From the NCBI GenBank assembly GCA_035304545.1, contig DATGPV010000050.1, positions 6,773-70,772 on the forward strand: 64,000 nucleotides of DNA, given 5' to 3'. This DNA comes from Limnochordales bacterium (GTDB lineage: Bacteria > Bacillota > Limnochordia > Limnochordales > ZCTH02-B6). This document shows, piece by piece, positions 43,101 to 50,755 of the stretch. The notes under the pieces are model-generated. The model did no database searches and was not told the origin of the DNA. It saw only the letters and a program-made list of their open reading frames with translations. Position 1 is the stretch's first letter. Every line of letters begins with the position of its first letter. The position numbers and the translations under genes are program-made.

Positions 43101-43925
43101 GTGCTGCGGGGACTGTACACCAGCGCCTCAGGGATGTTGGCAGAGCAGGTGCGGGTTGATGTCCTGTCCCACAACTTGGCCAACGTGCAGACGGTGGGTT
43201 TCAAGCGTCAAGCCGTTCTGCAGTCGGCCTTTCCTGACATGCTGCTGCAGCGGGTCCACGACCCCGTTGTCCTGGGCGGCGCGCCGGCGGCCGCGGGCCG
43301 TCCAGGGGCGCGCGGCACGCAGGGCGGGGTGGGTTTCGCCTACGATCCCCGGCCCGTCATCGGGCGGCTGGGCACCGGCACCTACATTGACGGCACCTAT
43401 TCGGACATGACCGGGGGCACCCTGCGGCATACGGGCAACCCGCTGGATCTGGCCTTGGAGGGCAGCGGATTCTTTGCGGTGGAGACGCCTGCGGGCCTGC
43501 GCTACACCCGGGACGGGCGCTTTACCCTGGACGGGGAAGGCTGGCTGGTCACCGCCGAAGGTCACCGGGTGCTGGGGGAAGCCGGGCCTATCCAGATCCA
43601 GGGCACCGAGGTGCACGTTACCGAGGAGGGCGAGATCTGGGTCGACGGGGCGCCCGTCGCGGTGCTGGCCCTGCGGGATTTTCCCGAACCCCAAGGGCTT
43701 TTGCGGGAAGGAAGCAGCCTGTGGGCGGCCACCGAGGCGTCGGGGCCGGCCCAGCCGGCGGAGGCCCGGGTCCACGGGGGTTATTTGGAGGAGTCCAACG
43801 TCAACGTGGTCATGGCCATGGTGGAGCTCATCGCCGCGTACCGGGCCTACGAAGCCAACCAGCGGGTGATCCAGGCCTTTGACCAGACCTTGGGCAAGGC
43901 TGTGAACGAATTGGGACGGGTGTAG
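43101..43925 (+). CDS. flgF: Flagellar basal-body rod protein FlgF (FlhO position)
   Basis: MLRGLYTSASGMLAEQVRVDVLSHNLANVQTVGFKR N-terminus and GYLEESNVNVVMAMVELIAAYRAYEANQRVIQ C-terminus, the rod-protein signatures. Confidence 0.85.
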   Translation: MLRGLYTSASGMLAEQVRVDVLSHNLANVQTVGFKRQAVLQSAFPDMLLQRVHDPVVLGGAPAAAGRPGARGTQGGVGFAYDPRPVIGRLGTGTYIDGTYSDMTGGTLRHTGNPLDLALEGSGFFAVETPAGLRYTRDGRFTLDGEGWLVTAEGHRVLGEAGPIQIQGTEVHVTEEGEIWVDGAPVAVLALRDFPEPQGLLREGSSLWAATEASGPAQPAEARVHGGYLEESNVNVVMAMVELIAAYRAYEANQRVIQAFDQTLGKAVNELGRV

Positions 43926-44020
43926 CGAGGGGAAGCGGGAAGCCAACGGCGAAACGTGCGCCGGGCCCCTGACGGGGCCTGCCGGCGCCCAATTGGTCAG
44001 TACAAACGGAGGGAAAGCCC

Positions 44021-44809
44021 ATGATGCGTTCGCTCTGGACAGCCGCTTCGGGCATGTCCGCGCAGCAGTTCACCATCGACACCATCTCCAACAACCTGGC
44101 CAACGTGAACACCGCCGGCTTTAAGCGCAGCCGGGTTGACTTCCAGGACCTCCTCTACCAGACGCTGCGCTTCGCGGGCACGCCCACCACCCAGGGGGCG
44201 CAGATCCCGACGGGCATCCAGATGGGCCACGGAGTGCGGCCGGTGGCCACGCAAAAGATTTTCACCCAGGGCACCTTCAAGCAGACTGACAATCCCCTGG
44301 ACATCGTCATCGAGGGGCAGGGCTTTTTCCAAATCTTGCTGCCCGACGGCACCATCGCCTACACCCGCGACGGCGCCTTCAAGAAGGACGCCGAGGGCCG
44401 CATCGTTACGTCGGACGGCTTTCCCCTGGAGCCCGAAATTCTCATTCCCGAAGATGCGGTGGAAATCACCATCGGCAGCGACGGCACCGTGTCCGTCATG
44501 ATTTTGGGGCAGGAGAATCCCGAGAACATCGGCAATATCGAACTGGCCCGCTTCATCAACCCGGCGGGCTTAAGCAGCTTCGGGCGGAACCTGTTCTTGG
44601 CCACCGCCGCCAGCGGCCCGCCCATCATCGGCACGCCGGGTCTTGAGGGGTTTGGCATTGTGGCCCAGGGCTACCTGGAGCTGTCCAACGTCCAGGTGGT
44701 GGAGGAGATGGTGAACATGATCATCTCCCAGCGGGCCTACGAGTCCAACAGCAAGGCCATCCAGGCCTCCGACGACATGCTGCAGACGGCCAACAACTTG
44801 CGCCGGTAA
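44021..44809 (+). CDS. flgG: Flagellar basal-body distal rod protein FlgG (FlhP position)
   Basis: [85 protein letters not shown]. Confidence 0.93.
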   Translation: MMRSLWTAASGMSAQQFTIDTISNNLANVNTAGFKRSRVDFQDLLYQTLRFAGTPTTQGAQIPTGIQMGHGVRPVATQKIFTQGTFKQTDNPLDIVIEGQGFFQILLPDGTIAYTRDGAFKKDAEGRIVTSDGFPLEPEILIPEDAVEITIGSDGTVSVMILGQENPENIGNIELARFINPAGLSSFGRNLFLATAASGPPIIGTPGLEGFGIVAQGYLELSNVQVVEEMVNMIISQRAYESNSKAIQASDDMLQTANNLRR

Positions 44810-44824
44810 AGGAAGTTTAGGCTG

Positions 44825-45820
44825 ATGCGACGCTTCGTCGCGGCTATCTTGGCGGCATGCATGTGGGCGGCGGCGGTGCCGGCCGCCGCCCATGGGTTGG
44901 GGGAGTGGCTGGCGGTGGTGCGGGTGCACCCGGAGCCGTCAGTCACCGGCCCCGACATTTTGCTGGGCGAGATCGCCGCGGTGGAAGCCGCGGATCCGGC
45001 TTTGGTGGAAGAACTGGCCCGCCTGCCGGTGGGCCGGGCGGCGCTGCCCGGCCACGCCCGGGAGCTGAGCGTGGGCACTGTGCGGGTGCGCCTCCGCCAT
45101 GCGGGCCTGCCGGAGCGGTTGATCCGCATCGACGCCCCCAGCCCGACCTTTCCCGTGCGGACGCGTTCGCAAATCGTTTCCGGTGCCGAACTGGCCGCCG
45201 CCGCGGAAGCCGCGGTTTGGGAACAGGTGGGCCGGTGGCAGCAGGAGCTGGGCGGCGGGTCCCTGGTGCTGGCCTGTCCCTCGGCCGACGACCTCTCCGT
45301 GCCGGCTGGAGAGGTGGAGCTGGCGGTGTCCCGGGTGACGGGGACGCCGCCCGGGTCGGTGCTGGCCACGGTCACCGTAGGCGTCGACGGAACGCCCCAT
45401 AAGAATGTGGTGGTCCGCTGCGAGGCCCGGTGGCAGATGGAAGTGTGGGTCGTCCAGCAGCTGGTGCGGCGCCACCAGGTGCTGGAAGGCGACGTGGTGG
45501 CCCTGGAGGTGCGGGAGTTCACCGCCCTGCCTCGGGGCCTGGTCCCCGCGACGGAGGACCCGGCGGAATGGCGGGCGGTCCGTCCCCTCACGCCGGGTAC
45601 GGTCCTGGCCGGAGGCGCCGTGGAGCGGGTGCCCTTGGTGTGGCAGGGACGGCCCGTGAGCATCGTGGCCCAGGCCGGCGGGGTCTGGGTGGGCGCCCCG
45701 GGCGTGGCCCTGCAAGACGGCCGCCTGGGCGATGTGGTGCGGGTGGAGAACGCCAGTTCAGGATTTGTGGTGCGGGCCCGGGTGGTGGGTCCCGATACGG
45801 TAGAGGCCCTGGTCCCGTAA
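44825..45820 (+). CDS. flgA: Flagellar P-ring assembly chaperone FlgA (SAF-domain protein, elongated)
   Basis: Signal peptide, then C-terminal VWQGRPVSIVAQAGGVWVGAPGVALQDGRLGDVVRVENASSGFVVRARVVGPDTVEA, typical of FlgA. The N-terminal half looks like a second related module. Confidence 0.75.
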   Translation: MRRFVAAILAACMWAAAVPAAAHGLGEWLAVVRVHPEPSVTGPDILLGEIAAVEAADPALVEELARLPVGRAALPGHARELSVGTVRVRLRHAGLPERLIRIDAPSPTFPVRTRSQIVSGAELAAAAEAAVWEQVGRWQQELGGGSLVLACPSADDLSVPAGEVELAVSRVTGTPPGSVLATVTVGVDGTPHKNVVVRCEARWQMEVWVVQQLVRRHQVLEGDVVALEVREFTALPRGLVPATEDPAEWRAVRPLTPGTVLAGGAVERVPLVWQGRPVSIVAQAGGVWVGAPGVALQDGRLGDVVRVENASSGFVVRARVVGPDTVEALVP

Positions 45821-45856
45821 GCCAAGGACGGGCCCGAGGGGAAAGGGTGAGGCAGT

Positions 45857-46456
45857 GTGGCACTGCGGTGGACGCCGGGTCGGGCGTGGGTAGCGGCGGC
45901 TTTGGTCCTGGCTGCAGCCGTGGGCGGCGTGGGGCCGGCGGCCGCCCAATCGTTGTGGAACGACGGCTACAGCCTGTACACCGACACGAAAGCCCGCCAG
46001 CCGGGGGACTTGGTGACCCTGATCATCGTGGAGCGGTCGCAGGCCACCAGCTCCACCACGACCCAGACGGGCAAGGACGCCTCGGTGGAATTTGGCCCGC
46101 TGCTGTGGGGCGGCTCGGTGCTCATCCCCGGCTTGGGCGTGGATGCGGGCGACAATTTCCGGGGCGGCGGCAGCACCACCCGGGGCGGCAGCCTCAACGC
46201 CCGCATGACGGCCCAGGTGGTGGATGTGCTGCCCAATGGCGTGCTCCGCATCGAAGGGCGGCAAACCATCATCGTCAACGGCGAAGAGCAGGTCATCGTG
46301 GTCAGCGGCCTGGTGCGGCCCCAGGACATCAAGCCCGACAACACGGTCTTGTCGACCTTTGTGGCCGACGCCACCATCACGTATCAAGGTACCGGCCCCA
46401 TTGGGGACAAGCAGCAGCCGGGCCTTTTGACCCGCCTGCTCAACTGGCTCTTTTAA
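45857..46456 (+). CDS. flgH: Flagellar L-ring protein FlgH (no lipobox cysteine)
   Basis: SLWNDGYSLYTDTKARQPGDLVTLIIVE, LNARMTAQVVDVLPNGVLRIEGRQ, VSGLVRPQDI, TRLLNWLF, the FlgH signature blocks. The protein has no Cys at all. Confidence 0.9.
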   Translation: MALRWTPGRAWVAAALVLAAAVGGVGPAAAQSLWNDGYSLYTDTKARQPGDLVTLIIVERSQATSSTTTQTGKDASVEFGPLLWGGSVLIPGLGVDAGDNFRGGGSTTRGGSLNARMTAQVVDVLPNGVLRIEGRQTIIVNGEEQVIVVSGLVRPQDIKPDNTVLSTFVADATITYQGTGPIGDKQQPGLLTRLLNWLF

Positions 46457-46496
46457 GTTGGCCGGCGCATGGGCGCGGGCGCAAGGCGAGGAGAGG

Positions 46497-47711
46497 ATGG
46501 GCGTGAGAGGACGGGCGAAGACAGCGCGCGGCGGGAAGGCGAAGGGCTTCTTGTGGGCGGCCGCGGTGGCCCTGGCGGCGCTGGGCGCGGCCTGGGCGCC
46601 GGTCCATGGGCAGGAGGCCGAGGGGCTCCGGCCAGCGGTGGTGGTCTCCGGGGAGACGTCCCATCAGCCGACGGTGCGCATCAAGGACATCGCGCGCTTT
46701 GATGGGGTGCGGGACAACCAGCTGTACGGCATGGGCCTTGTCATCGGCCTGGAGGGCACCGGCGACGGGCGGGGCAGCCAGGCCAACGTCCAGATGGTAG
46801 CCAACATGCTGGAGCGTTTCGGCATCACCGTGGACCGGAACTCGCTGCGGCTGCGCAACGTGGCGGCCGTGGTGGTGACGGCCGATCTGCCCGCCTTTGC
46901 TCGCCCCGGAGACCGCATCGACGTGACGGTGTCGTCCATTGGCGACGCCCGGAGTCTTCAGGGCGGGTTTCTGCTGCAGACGCCGCTGCAGGCCGCCGAC
47001 GGACAAGTGTACGCCGTGGCCCAGGGGCCGGTCTCCATCGGGGGCTTCAACGTGCGGGGCGGCGGCACCCAGGTGCAGCGCAACCACGCGGCGGTGGGCA
47101 TCGTGCCGGGGGGCGCCATTGTCGAGCGGTTCGTGCCCACTACGGTCGTGCACGACGGCTACATGACCCTTCTTCTTACCCATCCCGACTTTACCACCGC
47201 GGCCCGGGTGGCCGACGTGATCAACCGGGTGTTTACCCCGGGCACCGCGCAGGCCCTGGACCGCAGCGCCATTCGGCTGCAGCTGCCGCCGGCCTTTAGG
47301 GACCGGCCGGTGGAGTTCATGGCCGCGGTGGAAGAGCTGCCCGTCACCCCCGACGCGGTGGCCAAGGTTGTGATCAATGAGCGGACCGGCACCATCGTCA
47401 TGGGGCACCGGGCCCGCATCGCGTCGGTGGCCGTGGCCCATGGCGGCCTGCGAGTACGGGTGGAAACGCAGCCGCTGGTGGCCCTGCCTCCCTCCGAAGA
47501 TGAGGACGAAGCGGGGCCGGTGATGGTGGAGCAGACGACGGTCCAGGTGGAAGAAGAGCCGGCCCGGGTGGTGGTCTTGGAGAGCGGAGCAAGCGTCGAA
47601 GACGTGGTGCAGGCCCTAAACGCCATCGGCGCCACGCCCCGGGACATCATCGCCATCCTGCAGGCCATGAAGGCGGCGGGGGCCCTGTACGCCCAGCTGG
47701 AGATCTTGTAA
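46497..47711 (+). CDS. flgI: Flagellar P-ring protein FlgI
   Basis: RIKDIARFDGVRDNQLYGMGLVIGLEGTGD, VTADLPAFARPGDRIDVTVSSIGDARSLQGGFLLQTPL, DIIAILQAMKAAGALYAQLEIL. ATG 46497 after GAGGAGAGG. Confidence 0.93.
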   Translation: MGVRGRAKTARGGKAKGFLWAAAVALAALGAAWAPVHGQEAEGLRPAVVVSGETSHQPTVRIKDIARFDGVRDNQLYGMGLVIGLEGTGDGRGSQANVQMVANMLERFGITVDRNSLRLRNVAAVVVTADLPAFARPGDRIDVTVSSIGDARSLQGGFLLQTPLQAADGQVYAVAQGPVSIGGFNVRGGGTQVQRNHAAVGIVPGGAIVERFVPTTVVHDGYMTLLLTHPDFTTAARVADVINRVFTPGTAQALDRSAIRLQLPPAFRDRPVEFMAAVEELPVTPDAVAKVVINERTGTIVMGHRARIASVAVAHGGLRVRVETQPLVALPPSEDEDEAGPVMVEQTTVQVEEEPARVVVLESGASVEDVVQALNAIGATPRDIIAILQAMKAAGALYAQLEIL

Positions 47712-47751
47712 ACGGCGCCGCCACGCCCGGCGGGATCAGGAGGAATGCGGC

Positions 47752-48294
47752 ATGACGGAAGCCTTGAGGGGCACAGCCGGCGGTGCCGGCCTCGCGGCGG
47801 GCCAGGGCGCGGGGCCAACGCGGAAGGCCAATCCTGCCGGCGGATTCCAGGCGGCCTTGGATGCCGCGGTGGCGGCGGAGACGGGCAGTGGGGCGGCGCC
47901 GGTCCGGCCGGTGGCCGGGCCTTCCCGGGGCGCCGCGGGTCCGGCCGTTCCCAGGGGAGCCAGCGGAGGCAGCGGTTTCGCCTTTACTCCCAGTTGGGAT
48001 CTGCCCTCCAGCTCGGCGGGGGACGAAGCCCGGCTGCGCTGGGCCAGCGAGCAGCTGGAGGCGCTGTTTCTCGAGATGCTGTGGCGGGGCATGCGCCGCA
48101 CGGTGATGTCCACGGGCATGCTGGACGGCCCCGGGGTGCGCCTCTTTGAAGAGATGCTGGACCAGGAGCGGGCCCGGATGATGGCGGCCGCGGGCACGCT
48201 GGGCCTGGCGGAAATGGTGTACCAAGAGATGTCCCGCCACTTGCCCGGGTCCGGCGACGGGAGGACAACGGCGGGAGGAAGGGAAGATATGTAA
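47752..48294 (+). CDS. Rod-binding protein (FlgJ N-terminal-domain-like; no muramidase domain)
   Basis: EQLEALFLEMLWRGMRRTV...FEEMLDQERARMMA...LGLAEMVYQEM matches the Rod_binding domain pattern. Confidence 0.7.
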   Translation: MTEALRGTAGGAGLAAGQGAGPTRKANPAGGFQAALDAAVAAETGSGAAPVRPVAGPSRGAAGPAVPRGASGGSGFAFTPSWDLPSSSAGDEARLRWASEQLEALFLEMLWRGMRRTVMSTGMLDGPGVRLFEEMLDQERARMMAAAGTLGLAEMVYQEMSRHLPGSGDGRTTAGGREDM

Positions 48295-48314
48295 AGCTGA
48301 CTTGCCGGCATTGA

Positions 48315-50447
48315 GTGAAAGGGATGACTGCCTTGGGCCGAACCGTTCGCACCTTCCTGATCGCCTGCGTGGTGGCGGGATTGTTGCACGCCGCCGCGGA
48401 GGCGCGTTTTTTTTCCATCGAGGCGCTGGAGCCCGGTTTGCGGGGCACCGGCAAGACGGTGGTGCGGGGCACCGAGATAGAGACTTTTGAGGTGGAATAC
48501 TTGGGGGTGTTGCCCGAGGCGGGCCCCGTGGGGGACCTCATCCTTGTGCGGGTCAGCGGCGACGCCATCGACCGGGCCGGCGGCATCGCGGCGGGCATGA
48601 GCGGCAGTCCCGTCTACATCGGCGAGCAGTTGGTGGGGGCCATCGGGTACGGCTTTAATTTTGCGGACCACCGCATCGGCCTGGTCACGCCCATCCGCGA
48701 CATGCTGGCCGTGATGGAGCTGATGGACGGGGCGCGGGCCCTGGACACCGCGGCCGCGGGCGCCCAGGAGGCCCGGGCCGGGTCGTCGGACGGCGGGGCC
48801 GTCGATCTGCCCCGGCGGGCCTATCTCGCGGGCAGCGTGGCCGAAGCCGAGACCATGGCGGCGTCCTTGCCCGCGGACGTGCCGGTGTTCGCGCCGGTGC
48901 AGACGCCGGTGATGGCCAGCGGCTTCAGCCCCCGGGCCCTCCAGCGGCTGCAGAAGGGGCTGGCGCCGTTGAACCTCCGCCTCCTGCCCGTCCAGACGGG
49001 CATCGCGCCGCCCGGCGCGGACGGAGGCCAGCTGGAGCCGGGGGCGGCCATGGGCGTCCAGCTGGTCCGGGGCGATGTGAATCTGTCCGCGTTGGGGACC
49101 GTCACCTACGTCGACGATGGGCGGTTCATCGGGTTTGGCCACCCCTTCGCCAATCTGGGCACCGCCGAATTCCTGACGACCACCGCCTACATTTTCCACG
49201 TGGTGCCGTCGGTGAGCATGCCTTTCAAGCTGGGGGCGGCGGGGGCTCCCGTGGGATCGCTGCTGCAGGACCGGGGTGCGGCCGTGGGCGGGCGGCTGGG
49301 CCCGCTGCCGTACATGGTCCCCGTCAGTATTACGGTGCACGACCGGGACCGGGGCCTAGAAACGACCCGCCAGTTTTCCGTTGTCAATGATCCGCGGCTG
49401 CTGACCGACTTGACGGTGGCCGCGGCGCTGTCGGTGCTGGACCGGAGCCTGGATCGGCTGGGGCCGGGCACGGCCAAGGTGGTCTTCCAGATCCGAGGCG
49501 AAGGGCTGCCCCGTCCCCTGGTGCGGGACAACATGTACTACAGCGAGTTTGATGTGGCCGCCCTCTCCTTGGTGGAGCTCATGGAGGCCGTCAACTTGGT
49601 CGTCCACAACCGATTCGTGCCCGTCACCATCACTCGCATCCAGGTCGTGGCCGACATCCAAGAGCGGCGCTGGACGGCCCACATCGAAGAGGCCCAGCCC
49701 TCCACCACGGAGGTGCTGCCCGGGGAATCGGTGCGCATCACGGTGCGGCTGCGCCCCTACCGCGGCGAGGCCTTGACCGAGGAGCTCATCTTGACGGTGC
49801 CGGAGGACGCCAGTCCCGGCCCGGTGACGGTGGTGGTGCGGGGCGGCGGCTGGGGCCTGGAACCGCCGGTGGACGAAGAGGAGCTCCTGGAAGATCCCGA
49901 AGAACTGCTGGGCGAGAACGTCCAGGATTTGGATCGCCTGATCGAGGAGTTCGTGCGCCGGGAGCGCAACCACGAAATTGTGGCGGAGTTTTACTCCTCC
50001 CGGGAACCGTGGTCGGAGGAAACCGAGGCTGAGGACGGAGCAGACGAGGAGCCGGACAACGGGGAAGACTTCCCACCCCGGGACGCGTCTGAGGAGGACG
50101 AGGCCGCCCGCGAGGAGCCGCCTCCGTGGCACCGCGGCTACGAGCCGCCGGAGCGGGTGACGGTCTCCCAACCGACCGATTACGTGATCCTGGGGTCGGC
50201 GTCCTTTGACCTTTACATCCTGCCCGATTACACCCGCGGGCGGCCGCGGCCGGAGGAAACCGAGGACGTGACCGGCGAGGAGGAGCTCCTGCCGGGGGAG
50301 GGAGCTCCGGCGGCGGAGAGCGCCGGGGATCTCGACGAAGGGGCCGCCGCGGGCCAGGCGGGGGACGGGGCACCGGCCCCCACGGAGGAAGGCGAAGGCC
50401 CCCAGGGCGGCGGCGCGGACCCAGGGGCGGTCCCAGGTCCCAGGTAA
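48315..50447 (+). CDS. Secreted SpoIVB-like serine peptidase (S55 family) with long acidic C-terminal region
   Basis: Signal peptide, then GTEIETFEVEYLGVL...ILVRVSGDAIDRAGGIAAGMSGSPVYIGEQLVGAIGYGF. The GMSGSP serine motif matches SpoIVB. No PDZ domain recognised. The C-terminal roughly 250 aa are very rich in Glu/Asp/Pro/Gly. Start uncertain (GTG 48315 or ATG 48324). Confidence 0.75.
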   Translation: MKGMTALGRTVRTFLIACVVAGLLHAAAEARFFSIEALEPGLRGTGKTVVRGTEIETFEVEYLGVLPEAGPVGDLILVRVSGDAIDRAGGIAAGMSGSPVYIGEQLVGAIGYGFNFADHRIGLVTPIRDMLAVMELMDGARALDTAAAGAQEARAGSSDGGAVDLPRRAYLAGSVAEAETMAASLPADVPVFAPVQTPVMASGFSPRALQRLQKGLAPLNLRLLPVQTGIAPPGADGGQLEPGAAMGVQLVRGDVNLSALGTVTYVDDGRFIGFGHPFANLGTAEFLTTTAYIFHVVPSVSMPFKLGAAGAPVGSLLQDRGAAVGGRLGPLPYMVPVSITVHDRDRGLETTRQFSVVNDPRLLTDLTVAAALSVLDRSLDRLGPGTAKVVFQIRGEGLPRPLVRDNMYYSEFDVAALSLVELMEAVNLVVHNRFVPVTITRIQVVADIQERRWTAHIEEAQPSTTEVLPGESVRITVRLRPYRGEALTEELILTVPEDASPGPVTVVVRGGGWGLEPPVDEEELLEDPEELLGENVQDLDRLIEEFVRRERNHEIVAEFYSSREPWSEETEAEDGADEEPDNGEDFPPRDASEEDEAAREEPPPWHRGYEPPERVTVSQPTDYVILGSASFDLYILPDYTRGRPRPEETEDVTGEEELLPGEGAPAAESAGDLDEGAAAGQAGDGAPAPTEEGEGPQGGGADPGAVPGPR

Positions 50448-50660
50448 TGAGGGGAACGGCTCAGGCGGCGACGATGGCCCGAGCGAGGGCGCGGGCGCAG
50501 CGGACAAGGGCGTGGCGGGCGATGGCCCCGGGGGCAACGGCTCCGATGGCAACGGCACCGACGGTGCCGACGGTGCGGACGGCGGCGGCCCGGGGAGCTT
50601 CCAGACGGTGCCGTAGTTGACGGGATTTGCACCTTTCCAGGGGCAGGATTCCCTTTCGGG

Positions 50661-50717
50661 GGCAACGAACTGTGCAGCAGGCAACGGCCTGTGAGGCAGG
50701 CAACGCCCCCGAAGGGG
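50661..50717 (+). repeat. Tandem 19-nt repeat, about 2.5-3 copies (GGCAACGnnCTGTGnnGCA) in the bamA leader
   Basis: GGCAACG starts at 50661, 50680 and 50699, an exact 19-nt period: GGCAACGAACTGTGCAGCA / GGCAACGGCCTGTGAGGCA / GGCAACGCCCCCGAAGGGG. Confidence 0.7.
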
Positions 50718-50727
50718 GTCTTTTTTT
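50705..50727 (+). terminator. Terminator-like element (GCCCCC-GAA-GGGGGT hairpin + T7) 10 nt upstream of the bamA RBS
   Basis: Short all-GC stem followed by TTTTTTT at 50721-50727. AAAGGAGG RBS at 50738-50745. Confidence 0.5.
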
Positions 50728-50755
50728 GGCACGGTCAAAGGAGGCAACCACGCCC

